Origin: Candidatus Micrarchaeota archaeon
Lineage (GTDB): Archaea > Micrarchaeota > Micrarchaeia > Anstonellales > Bilamarchaeaceae
Reading direction: 5' to 3'
NCBI GenBank assembly: GCA_023129075.1
Contig: JAGMCT010000002.1
Span: forward strand, 67,077 to 131,076
DNA: 64,000 bases
Made by a program: the position numbers and the translations under genes. Below the pieces are notes generated by a model. It was not told the origin of the DNA. It saw nothing but the letters and a program-made list of their open reading frames with translations, and searched no databases. Below, in pieces: positions 8,588 to 17,259 of the stretch (its first letter is position 1; every line of letters starts with the position of its first letter).

Positions 8588-9160
8588 ATGAAAATAAAGC
8601 TTACACCCGAACTCTCTTACATTATAGGATTATGGGGGCCGGTAAGAACAGAAGAAGGAATAGGGGTTGAAGGAGACGATGAACTTCTCTCAATTTTTTC
8701 ATCCGAAATTATAAAATTGGGTCTTGCCGAACCTAATAGAATCCAACATCGTGAAGGAAAGATTTTTTTCTATCATTCAGCGTACAGAAAGTTTTTTCAG
8801 GATGTGTTGAAAAATAAGGCAGACAGGTTTAAGTATAAGAATAAATACATGGCAAATTATCTTGCAGGCCTTTTTGATTCATGCGGTATGATAGATAGCA
8901 AAGGACTGGTTTTTTTCACCGTCAACGACCTTGTGCTGGAATCCATACTTGATGGAATAAATTTCAAGCCCAAGAAGAAAAAACAAGGTATAATGATAAG
9001 AGACCCATTGAAATTTCTTTCATTCATAAAACCGCTTCTTAAAAAAGATTACCCTTTACTAGATAAGATTTATGGAAAAGAGCAAGATACTAAAACAGGG
9101 ATTCGTCGAAGCAGAGGTAAGAACAAGCGGAATGCTCCAAAAAAGAAAATTCAGGATTGA
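8588..9160 (+). CDS. Free-standing LAGLIDADG-family homing-endonuclease-like protein (double-motif, I-DmoI-sized). The first motif is degenerate
   Basis: Motif 2 is ANYLAGLFDSCGMIDSKG. Motif 1 is LSYIIGLWGPV at residues ~9-19, about 80 aa upstream. The 190-aa length is typical of small archaeal LAGLIDADG enzymes. Confidence 0.5.
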   Translation: MKIKLTPELSYIIGLWGPVRTEEGIGVEGDDELLSIFSSEIIKLGLAEPNRIQHREGKIFFYHSAYRKFFQDVLKNKADRFKYKNKYMANYLAGLFDSCGMIDSKGLVFFTVNDLVLESILDGINFKPKKKKQGIMIRDPLKFLSFIKPLLKKDYPLLDKIYGKEQDTKTGIRRSRGKNKRNAPKKKIQD

Positions 9161-9323
9161 TTATGAGAATATTGTTTATGGAAAACTTCCTGTTGTAGTA
9201 ATAGACATAATTCTTCCGATGGGGGAGCTCATAGGATTAGCAGGTAAATTGGATATTGCGTTGAGGTCAGGTCCAAATCTTATAATACCTCCCGGAAGGA
9301 AGGAGAGAGAGCTGGTTGTATGA
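9072..9323 (+). CDS. Small hypothetical protein (likely start at M 9132) overlapping the LAGLIDADG gene end and the thyX start
   Basis: ORF with a hydrophobic core (KLPVVVIDIILPMGELIGLAGKLDIAL). A 4-nt overlap with thyX suggests translational coupling. No family recognised. Confidence 0.3.
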   Translation: MEKSKILKQGFVEAEVRTSGMLQKRKFRIDYENIVYGKLPVVVIDIILPMGELIGLAGKLDIALRSGPNLIIPPGRKERELVV

Positions 9324-10657
9324 AGAGGAGGGTCTATACTTTAGATGGTTATCCTGAAGAGCTTATTGCAGTTGCGTTTGCAAAAACCAGCAGAAGCCCT
9401 GAACCATTTGATAAAATTGTGGCAGAACTCAATGAGATAAAATCCAGGGAATTTCATGAGAAATGGGTTGTTGGCTATGGACATTCCAGCGTCGCTGAGC
9501 ATGCTGTTATCCATCTTGCGGTTGAGAATGTTTCAAGACTGGCGGTAGAGGTTATAGAAAGCACACGGCTTGCTTCTTTCACAGAGAAGTCAACAAGATA
9601 TCAAAAGATATCTTCAGAAGAATGTTATGTTCCTGCAGAGCTTTCCTCTTCAAAACAATCCTATCTTGAAGCAAAGGAATGTTTATTCTCAGTTTATGGA
9701 ATCCTAATGTCTGATTTGATAAATTATTATACCTCGCAAAATCCAGAATTAAAGAAAAGGGCTGTTGGAGTAAAGGCGATGGACAGCGCCAGATTTCTTC
9801 TTCCAAATGCAACCCTTGCTAATGCTGGGATTACAATAAATGCAAGGTCTCTTGAGCATCTTCTTGTAAAAATGCTTTCCAATCCATTGAGGGAAGTGCA
9901 GGAGGTTGGAGAAGAGATGAAACAAGCGGCTTTGAAGACAGCTCCAACGCTGATAAAATACGCAAACGAAAACCCATATTTAGTTTCGTTGGATAAAGAA
10001 TTCCCGCAGATGTTTTCAGGGCTTTCTTCAAGCGATAAAACAAAAGTAAAACTTATTTCTTATGATGAAGAAGGGGTTGAAAAGCTGATTGCCGCCCTTG
10101 TTTACAGGTACAGCAGTCTTTCCTATGAAGAAGCCCTTGCCTATTCAAAAGACCTTAATTCATCGGAAAAAAATAAAATCCTTGAAATAGGATTAGGAGG
10201 GAGGGGAAAGTACGACCATCCGGCAAGGGAATTTGAACATACTACCTTTACCTTTGATATTATCATGGACCAGGGTGCATATTATGAATTCAAGAGGCAC
10301 AGAATGCTTTCACTTTCCTGCAAAAAGCCGGATATTAGTTTGGGCTATAGAATTCCCGAGGACATAATAAAAATAGGAAAGGAAAAGGAATTCAAAGATG
10401 TACTGCAAGAAGCAGAAGATGCATTCAGGGAAATAGAAAATGAGAATCCTTATGCAGCAGGATATATAGCAACCAATGCGCATTACAGGAGGGTTCTTGT
10501 TAGCATGAATCTCAGGGAGCTATTCCATTTCATAAGACTGAGGAGAAAACCAAATGCACATTTTACTATAAGGGAGATAGCAGAATCCATGAGGGATGAG
10601 TTGAGAAGGGTTCATCCTGAGCTTGAAAGATATCTGCTCTTGGAGGGAGAAGAATGA
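9320..10657 (+). CDS. thyX: Flavin-dependent thymidylate synthase ThyX, a tandem-duplicated (fused pseudo-dimer) form
   Basis: Two ThyX-like halves. The first is HSSVAEHAVIHLAVENVSRLAVEVIESTRLASFTEKSTRY, with the RHR motif degenerate. The second has the canonical KRHRMLSLS (RHRx7S) motif. 445 aa versus ~220-250 aa for a canonical ThyX. Confidence 0.75.
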   Translation: MKRRVYTLDGYPEELIAVAFAKTSRSPEPFDKIVAELNEIKSREFHEKWVVGYGHSSVAEHAVIHLAVENVSRLAVEVIESTRLASFTEKSTRYQKISSEECYVPAELSSSKQSYLEAKECLFSVYGILMSDLINYYTSQNPELKKRAVGVKAMDSARFLLPNATLANAGITINARSLEHLLVKMLSNPLREVQEVGEEMKQAALKTAPTLIKYANENPYLVSLDKEFPQMFSGLSSSDKTKVKLISYDEEGVEKLIAALVYRYSSLSYEEALAYSKDLNSSEKNKILEIGLGGRGKYDHPAREFEHTTFTFDIIMDQGAYYEFKRHRMLSLSCKKPDISLGYRIPEDIIKIGKEKEFKDVLQEAEDAFREIENENPYAAGYIATNAHYRRVLVSMNLRELFHFIRLRRKPNAHFTIREIAESMRDELRRVHPELERYLLLEGEE

Positions 10658-11898
10658 AGATAAGTTGTTTTGGTGCAGGAAGAGAAGTAGGCAGAAGTGC
10701 ATTTCTTCTGCAGACAGATGTTAATATACTGCTGGACCATGGAATAAAGTTATTCGGAGCAAAAAGAGGAGCAGCATACCCTCTTCCTTTTCAGGTTTCT
10801 CTGGATGCAGTGATAATCTCACATGCACATCTTGACCACAGCGGTTTTCTTCCTTATCTTTATCCTCATCCAGTCTCCTTTAATTGGTTTGCAACAAAGC
10901 AGACAGTAGAAATCTCCGAGGTGTTGTGGAATGATTCCATGAAAATAATGGGGGATGAGCTTCCTTACTCCAGAAAGGAGAAGGATTTTGCATTAAAAGC
11001 ATTCGTGCCCATAGATTATAATCAAAAGGTTTTCATAGGAAAAACCTCCTTTTATATGACTGATGCAGGGCACATTCTGGGTGCTGGAATGACGCATCTT
11101 GAGCATGAAAAGAAAAGAATAACATATACAGGTGATTTTAAGATAGAGGAAACCCTATTGCATAAAGGCGCGGTTCCGGAAAAAACAGATGTCCTTATTA
11201 TAGAAACGACCTACAGCAATAGAGAGCATCCCAAAAGAGATGAAGCGGAAAAAACAATTATAGAAAAAGTGAAACAAACACTTGAAAAAGGAGGTTCTGT
11301 TTTGTTTCCTTCATTTGCTGTTGGAAGGTCTCAGGAATTAATAATGCTCATAAGGAAATATCTTCCTGATGTTCCTCTTTATCTTGATGGTATGGCAAGA
11401 ACAATAACCAACATCTATTCCAAAAATTCTTATCTTCTGAATGACGGGGAAAAATTCAAGGAGGATTTGCTTTCGGTAAATTTTATTGAGTCATCAGGAC
11501 AGAGGAGAAAGGCGGTTTCCAAGCCCTCCGTTATTATCTCAACAGCAGGCATGCTTCAGGGAGGTCCGGCACTAGGTTATCTCTTTAACATCAATGCTGA
11601 TTCAAGGATAATCTTTACTGGATATAATATTGAGGGGACCAACGGATGGAATCTCTTAAATCACGGGAAGGTTGAGATAGATGGAAACATGCTTGATGTT
11701 TCTCTTCCTGTGGATTACATAGATTTGAGCGCCCACGCAGGAAAAACAGACCTTTTGGATTACATTAAAAAAGCACAACCCTCAAAGATAATATTAAATC
11801 ATGGGGACAACCCCCAGGAATTCGGGCAGGAATTAAGGGAAAAAGGATATGATGCTGTTGCCCCGAAGATTGGTGACATTATCGAGGTGAATATATGA
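10654..11898 (+). CDS. Beta-CASP family metallo-beta-lactamase ribonuclease (aCPSF2/RNase J-like, no KH domains)
   Basis: Motifs HAHLDHSG, TDAGHILG, IIETTYS, HGDN and LSAHAG (beta-CASP motif B). Confidence 0.75.
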   Translation: MKISCFGAGREVGRSAFLLQTDVNILLDHGIKLFGAKRGAAYPLPFQVSLDAVIISHAHLDHSGFLPYLYPHPVSFNWFATKQTVEISEVLWNDSMKIMGDELPYSRKEKDFALKAFVPIDYNQKVFIGKTSFYMTDAGHILGAGMTHLEHEKKRITYTGDFKIEETLLHKGAVPEKTDVLIIETTYSNREHPKRDEAEKTIIEKVKQTLEKGGSVLFPSFAVGRSQELIMLIRKYLPDVPLYLDGMARTITNIYSKNSYLLNDGEKFKEDLLSVNFIESSGQRRKAVSKPSVIISTAGMLQGGPALGYLFNINADSRIIFTGYNIEGTNGWNLLNHGKVEIDGNMLDVSLPVDYIDLSAHAGKTDLLDYIKKAQPSKIILNHGDNPQEFGQELREKGYDAVAPKIGDIIEVNI

Positions 11899-13127
11899 AG
11901 GCGGTTATACTTGTAGGTGGAGAAGGAATTAGGATGAGGCCATTTACATTCACAAGGCCAAAAGGAATGCTTTATGCAGGAGGAAAGCCATTGCTTTATC
12001 ATTTACTAAAGCAGGTGAAAGGCGCAGGGATAAAAGAAGCAATAATAATTGTGAGAAGCAATAAGGAAAAGATAATAGATTATTTTTCAAAAAAGAAAAA
12101 TTCACCAGGGCTTAAAATTTCTTTTGTAACCCAGGGTAAAAAAACAGGCACTGCAGCCGCCCTGCTTTACGTGGAGAAAATGCTGGATTGCCCCTTTATT
12201 GTATTGGCTGGCGACACCTATATAGAAACAAAGGACATTTCTTCACTTATAAAAGCATATCATTCCTACAAGGACAAATGTCTTCTTGTAAAGGAGGCAG
12301 AGAACCCTTCACGCTATGGTGTTGTTGAAAAGAAAAAAGGAAAGGTTTTCAACATAATCGAAAAGCCAAAGAAGCCGAAATCAACTCTCGTGAGCCTTTC
12401 TTCTTATGTTTTTGACCCATGCATCTTCAACGAATTAAAAAAGATAAAGAAATCTGCAAGTGGAGAGTATGAGATTACTCCGGTTCTGAAAGGCGCAAGG
12501 GTTGTTCATCTGAAAGGGGTTTGGATAGATATAACATATCCATGGGACCTGTTCAGATTGAATGATTATCTTTTGAGAAGAATGAAGGCAAAGGCCGGGA
12601 AGATTGTAAATTCAACAATAAAAGGCAAGGTAATAATGGAGGAAGGAGCAGAGATAATTAATAGTTATGTTGATGGAAATTTATATATTGGAAAGAATTC
12701 AAGGGTCGGCCCGTTTTCCTATATAAGAGGTTCAGTATCTATCGGAGAAAACTGCGAAATCGGGGATTCCGCAACCATAAAAAATTCTATTCTTTTTGAC
12801 AATGTAAAGGCAAAACATCTTGTGTATATAGGAGACAGTATAATAGGAGACAATGTAAATTTTGGAGCAGGAACGCAGATTGCCAACTACCGTTTTGATT
12901 CCGGGAAGATAAATGTTTATACAGAAAAGGGATGGGCAAACAGCGGAACCGCAAAACTCGGCGCCTTCATAGGAGATAATGTAAAGTTCGGTGTTCTTTC
13001 CTGCACCATGCCAGGGAAGATAATAGAACCTGACTGCTGGATAAGTTCAGGTGTTGTGGTGAATAAGAACATCAAAAGAGGCTCAAAACTCTTCATAAAG
13101 CAGGAGATACATATTATGAAGGATTGA
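11895..13127 (+). CDS. Bifunctional sugar-1-phosphate nucleotidylyltransferase / hexapeptide acetyltransferase (GlmU-like, UDP-GlcNAc synthesis type)
   Basis: N-terminal NTP-transferase motif AVILVGGEGIRMRPFT...KPL. The C-terminus is a left-handed beta-helix of hexapeptide repeats (IGDSATIKNSILFDNVKA..., IGDNVNFGAGTQI). Confidence 0.7.
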   Translation: MKAVILVGGEGIRMRPFTFTRPKGMLYAGGKPLLYHLLKQVKGAGIKEAIIIVRSNKEKIIDYFSKKKNSPGLKISFVTQGKKTGTAAALLYVEKMLDCPFIVLAGDTYIETKDISSLIKAYHSYKDKCLLVKEAENPSRYGVVEKKKGKVFNIIEKPKKPKSTLVSLSSYVFDPCIFNELKKIKKSASGEYEITPVLKGARVVHLKGVWIDITYPWDLFRLNDYLLRRMKAKAGKIVNSTIKGKVIMEEGAEIINSYVDGNLYIGKNSRVGPFSYIRGSVSIGENCEIGDSATIKNSILFDNVKAKHLVYIGDSIIGDNVNFGAGTQIANYRFDSGKINVYTEKGWANSGTAKLGAFIGDNVKFGVLSCTMPGKIIEPDCWISSGVVVNKNIKRGSKLFIKQEIHIMKD

Positions 13128-13819
13128 GAGGTGTTTCAATATATCTTATAGTCGGGATAGACCCCGGAATAAAAACCGCATTCTGTGCTCTTAATCTTAA
13201 GGGAACAATAGTTGCAGAGGAATCCAAAAAAGAAATGGGTGAAGACAAGATAATCAGAAAAATAATGGAAATAGGAAACCCCTCTCTTGTTGCAACCGAT
13301 GTTTTTCCACCCCCTTCTTTTGTTTCAAAGGTTGCGGCAAGGTTTAATGTAAGGGTGTTTTACCCAAAAAAAAATCTTAAGCTTCTGCACAAGAAGGCTG
13401 TTTCACCTGGTTTGAAGGACCCGCACATAAGGGATGCAAGGGCCGCAGCCCTGAAAGCATTCCATTTTTATGAAAATAGATTAAGGCAGATTGAAGGGAT
13501 GAAGCATCCGGAAGCAGACCTTTTGAAGCACATGGTTATACAGGGCTTCCAGCTCAAAAGTGCATTGATTTCCCTTCAGAAAAAGCAGGAAGAGAAACCC
13601 AGCCCCAAAACAAAAAAGAAAAAATCCCTGAAAAAGGACAATGAAAGAGTCCTTGAGCTGGAAGAAGAGAACGCTTCCCTTAGAAAATACATAAACCAGC
13701 TGAAGATTAGGGTTCTCAACCTTGAAAAGGAATTAAAGAAAACAAGGAGTTCTGTTCATAGAGAGATATTAAGGGAAAAGGAGATAAGAAAACTAAAAAG
13801 AAAGCGAAGTCAGCATTAG
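13124..13819 (+). CDS. RNase-H-fold (YqgF/RuvC-like, DUF460-type) protein with a C-terminal basic coiled-coil
   Basis: N-terminal LIVGIDPGIKTAFCAL resembles the resolvase-like GIDxG motif. The C-terminal half is charged coiled-coil. Confidence 0.4.
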   Translation: MRGVSIYLIVGIDPGIKTAFCALNLKGTIVAEESKKEMGEDKIIRKIMEIGNPSLVATDVFPPPSFVSKVAARFNVRVFYPKKNLKLLHKKAVSPGLKDPHIRDARAAALKAFHFYENRLRQIEGMKHPEADLLKHMVIQGFQLKSALISLQKKQEEKPSPKTKKKKSLKKDNERVLELEEENASLRKYINQLKIRVLNLEKELKKTRSSVHREILREKEIRKLKRKRSQH

Positions 13820-13833
13820 GAGAGTGTTGTTGA

Positions 13834-13866
13834 GTATCGGATAAAACTAAATATGCTCTATCCGAT
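13834..13866. terminator. Perfect 9-bp inverted repeat (TATCGGATA / TATCCGATA, 15-nt loop) between convergent genes, followed by a T-run. Putative bidirectional terminator
   Basis: The palindrome is visible by eye in the 95-bp convergent intergenic region. tttatttttt follows. Confidence 0.5.
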
Positions 13867-13914
13867 ATAGAATGACCATGGCAATAAACGAAGTAGTAAT
13901 CTTTCCATCCACAT

Positions 13915-14946
13915 TTATTTTTTATTTTCCAAACCATCAACATTGAATTTCCTTATCTTTACCCCTGCTTCATTCAAAAGCCTGAATGCACCTTCTGTAA
14001 TGGAATACCTTGCATTGTAAACTACCTCTTTTATTCCTGCATTTATTATCATTCTTGTGCAGTAAAGGCATGGGGAAAAGGTGGTATATATTGTACCTCC
14101 ATTAATGGATATTCCATGATATGCTGCCTGCACTATTGAATTTTCCTCTGCATGCGAACAATAACATTCCTCAAGGTTTTTTCCGCTCTCAGCAAATGAA
14201 TTGCACCTTGGGCAGCCTCCTTCATTGCAGTTGGTTGTTCCCCTCGGAGTGCCGTTATATCCTGTTGATATAATTCTTTTATCTCTTACTATTATTGCTG
14301 CTATCTGCCTTTTCATGCAGTTGCTTCTTGTTGCAACCTGTTTTGCTATACTCATAAAGTATTCATCCCACCCAGGCCTCTCAGGGTTAATCTCTTTCAT
14401 AACCTCTTTTAGGATTTCATTAATTCCAGTATAAAGTTCCTCAAGAGTGCCGTTGTTTTCTATAATTAAATCTGCTTTTGAAAATGTTGCTTTGAGGTTT
14501 TGGGCATTCGGGTCATCGCTTTCCATTTCTTTTTTATCCATTTCTAAGAATCTTTCATAGGTTTCAGCATCCCCTTTTCTTTCCCTATTTTTCATTCTCT
14601 CAAATCTTATTTCCGGTTTTGCATCAACATGAAAAAGGAAAAAATTCATAAGCTTTGCAAGCTCATCAACCTCTGCAGGATGCCTTATGGAATCTACAAC
14701 ATAGTTCCTGTCATTGAGCAATAATTCTTTTACTTTTACTGCGCATGCTCCTGCCCCGAGTTTTTCTCTTAATTCATTCCCCGTTGCTACCATATTTTCT
14801 CTGGTTTTTTCCTTTCCTTCAAGGTCTAGTTCTCTTCTTATGACATCCGAGAGGGAAAGCGGATAAAATCCTCTTTTTTTAAGGTTTTCCAGAACCGTTC
14901 CTTTTCCTGCACAGTTTGTGCCTGTTAATCCTATTATAATCTGCAT
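13915..14946 (-). CDS. Fusion protein with an N-terminal P-loop NMP/dNMP-kinase-like (or dephospho-CoA-kinase-like) domain and a C-terminal dCMP deaminase (cytidine/deoxycytidylate deaminase zinc-binding fold)
   Basis: P-loop GLTGTNCAGKGT. Deaminase motifs HAEENSI and PCLYCTRMI (HAE...PCxxC). The start at M 14946 is preferred over the track's 14991. Confidence 0.7.
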   Translation of the reverse strand: MQIIIGLTGTNCAGKGTVLENLKKRGFYPLSLSDVIRRELDLEGKEKTRENMVATGNELREKLGAGACAVKVKELLLNDRNYVVDSIRHPAEVDELAKLMNFFLFHVDAKPEIRFERMKNRERKGDAETYERFLEMDKKEMESDDPNAQNLKATFSKADLIIENNGTLEELYTGINEILKEVMKEINPERPGWDEYFMSIAKQVATRSNCMKRQIAAIIVRDKRIISTGYNGTPRGTTNCNEGGCPRCNSFAESGKNLEECYCSHAEENSIVQAAYHGISINGGTIYTTFSPCLYCTRMIINAGIKEVVYNARYSITEGAFRLLNEAGVKIRKFNVDGLENKK

Positions 14947-15066
14947 TTTATCACCTTTAAAATATGTAAAATGTAAAATAATCGCACTCATTTTTTAAGG
15001 CTTGTTTTTTTATCCCCTTTTTCCTAAATCAGATAAGTTTTAAAACAATCTGTTGGAAATAGGAGT

Positions 15067-15879
15067 ATGCTCAGGCGTTTACTGTTAGGTTTACTTCTAC
15101 TCTCATTTGTTTCAGCTGATTTCATCCCAAGAAATCTTGATGTTTTTGTCACGGTAAATGAAGACGGCACGGCTTACATTGTCGAACAATTGGATTTTCT
15201 TGTGACCGGAAGTTACCATCTTTCTTTGTATGAAACAGGAATACCTAAGAACGACCTTGCTTCGTGGGCAACACTTACAGGACTTAATGATGTGAGATAC
15301 CATGTAGACAGCAGGGTAGTGGACATTCAGAATCAGGTTATAGGACCGCAGCCTCTTTCAAGATGCAATCCTATTGAGGATACATGCTATGGCCAGCTGA
15401 TAATTACTTATACTGCTGCACCGTATTATACTGATGAAGGAATTACTGAAGGTACAGGGGTTGTTTTCATTGATTCTTACAAACCAAGAACAAAACAATA
15501 TATACTTAACTCAAGGGCGTTTGTTTTTGAATTCAGCCAGAAAGAAGACATTATCCTAAGTGAGATAACAACACTCACACTTGAGGTTCCTGAAGGAAGT
15601 GTTGTTGTTGAGGTTAAACCTTTGCCAGAGGATTTTGGAGGGTTGAAACCTCCTTTCAAGGAAGTCTCTTACTCATGGTCTAATACAATTCTTCCTAATT
15701 TTTCCTTTATTTTTGAAAAGGAAGGAAGCCTTGACAGTGAAATCACTGCGTTTTTTCTTGGGTTCCAAGGCGAAGTTTTCTCCTGGCTTTCAGGGGAATA
15801 TGGATTGGCAATAATTATTCTTGTTGCCATACTGCTGGTTTCCTATTTTTATCTAACGAGGTCGCGGAAGGGTGTTTAG
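15067..15879 (+). CDS. Secreted protein with a C-terminal TM anchor and basic tail (surface-anchored hypothetical)
   Basis: N-terminal signal peptide MLRRLLLGLLLLSFVSA. C-terminal TM IIILVAILLVSYFYL followed by TRSRKGV. Confidence 0.5.
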   Translation: MLRRLLLGLLLLSFVSADFIPRNLDVFVTVNEDGTAYIVEQLDFLVTGSYHLSLYETGIPKNDLASWATLTGLNDVRYHVDSRVVDIQNQVIGPQPLSRCNPIEDTCYGQLIITYTAAPYYTDEGITEGTGVVFIDSYKPRTKQYILNSRAFVFEFSQKEDIILSEITTLTLEVPEGSVVVEVKPLPEDFGGLKPPFKEVSYSWSNTILPNFSFIFEKEGSLDSEITAFFLGFQGEVFSWLSGEYGLAIIILVAILLVSYFYLTRSRKGV

Positions 15880-17259
15880 ATGGGAGTCGAAGCTTATAAG
15901 GCAGAATTATTAAGCATTCTTAAGGAAAAACCCAGTTTCTCATCTTTGGATATGGCTACTGAAAAGAAGGACGGGTTGATGAGTGCTGCATTTTATCTTG
16001 AAAAAGAAGGGCTTGTTAAGATTGAAAAAAAAGAGCATACGGCCCATCCTCTAACCAAGGAAGGAAAGGAGTTTCTTGAGCACGGTTTTCCCGAATCACA
16101 ACTTCTTGAAAAGGATGGGGCAGAATTAAGCGAATTAACAGAAAAGCAGAAAAAAATAGGGATAATGTGGGCTAAACGCTATGGTTGGATTGCGATAAAG
16201 GATGGAAGAATTCATGTTCTTAAATCCAAGGAGGTGCACCCTCTGAAGGAAGCACTGAAAGCCCCCTCAAAGGCAAAGAAAGAGCATCTGGAATTTATTA
16301 AGAAAAGAGGCCTCATAAAAGAGACCTCTGAGATCGAATATAAGATATTTATCACAGAAAAAGGAAAACATACTGAGTTTGAAGAAAAAGGAGGAATAGG
16401 AAATCTTACACATTCTATTATTGTTTCCAAACAACCCGGAGAGCTTAGATTCAGGAGATATAACATCACGAAGGCGGAGCCTGCACGAATAGGAAAAATC
16501 CATCATCTTTCTGCATTTATTTATAAGGTTAAAAGGGTTTTTGAAGACCTTGGTTTTGAAGAGATGGAAGGCAATCTTGTTGAGAGCACCTTTTGGAATT
16601 TTGATGCACTTTTTCAGCCCCAGGACCATCCTGCAAGGGAACTTGCAGATACCTTTTATTTGGAGGGGGAATCCGAACTGCCGGAAGAAAAGCTCGTTGA
16701 AAGGGTTAAGAAAAGCCATGAAAAATACTGGGGATACGAATGGAGTGAAAAGGAAGCAAAAAGAACGGTTCTAAGGACACATACAACTCCAGTAAGCGGA
16801 AGATATCTGTCAAAGATAAAGAAAGGAGGAAAGAAGTATTTTTCAATCGGAAGCGTTTTCAGAAATGAAGCAACAGATTTCAAACATCTTGCAGAATTCC
16901 GCCAGGTTGAAGGAATAATTGCATGGGAAGGTGCAAACTTCAGGCACCTTTTAGGTATTCTCAAGGAGTTCTACAAAAGACTTGGATTTGAGAAGATTCG
17001 TTTCAGGCCAAGCTATTTTCCATACACTGAACCAAGCCTGGAGATAGAGGTTTTCTTTGAAGAGAGGAATGAGTGGATTGAGCTTGGAGGCGCAGGTATT
17101 TTCAGGCCAGAGATGACCAAGCCATTATGCGATATTTATCCTGTTCTTGCATGGGGCCTTAGTCTTGAGAGGCCCCTCATGCTTTTTGAGGACCTGAAGG
17201 ATATAAGGACATTTTACAAAAACGACCTTGATTGGTTGAACAAACCAGGTGTTATATAA
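15880..17259 (+). CDS. pheS: Phenylalanine--tRNA ligase alpha subunit (archaeal type)
   Basis: Class II aaRS motifs FRNEATDFKHLAEFRQVEG and GAGIFRPE. Archaeal N-terminal wH extension. Confidence 0.85.
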   Translation: MGVEAYKAELLSILKEKPSFSSLDMATEKKDGLMSAAFYLEKEGLVKIEKKEHTAHPLTKEGKEFLEHGFPESQLLEKDGAELSELTEKQKKIGIMWAKRYGWIAIKDGRIHVLKSKEVHPLKEALKAPSKAKKEHLEFIKKRGLIKETSEIEYKIFITEKGKHTEFEEKGGIGNLTHSIIVSKQPGELRFRRYNITKAEPARIGKIHHLSAFIYKVKRVFEDLGFEEMEGNLVESTFWNFDALFQPQDHPARELADTFYLEGESELPEEKLVERVKKSHEKYWGYEWSEKEAKRTVLRTHTTPVSGRYLSKIKKGGKKYFSIGSVFRNEATDFKHLAEFRQVEGIIAWEGANFRHLLGILKEFYKRLGFEKIRFRPSYFPYTEPSLEIEVFFEERNEWIELGGAGIFRPEMTKPLCDIYPVLAWGLSLERPLMLFEDLKDIRTFYKNDLDWLNKPGVI

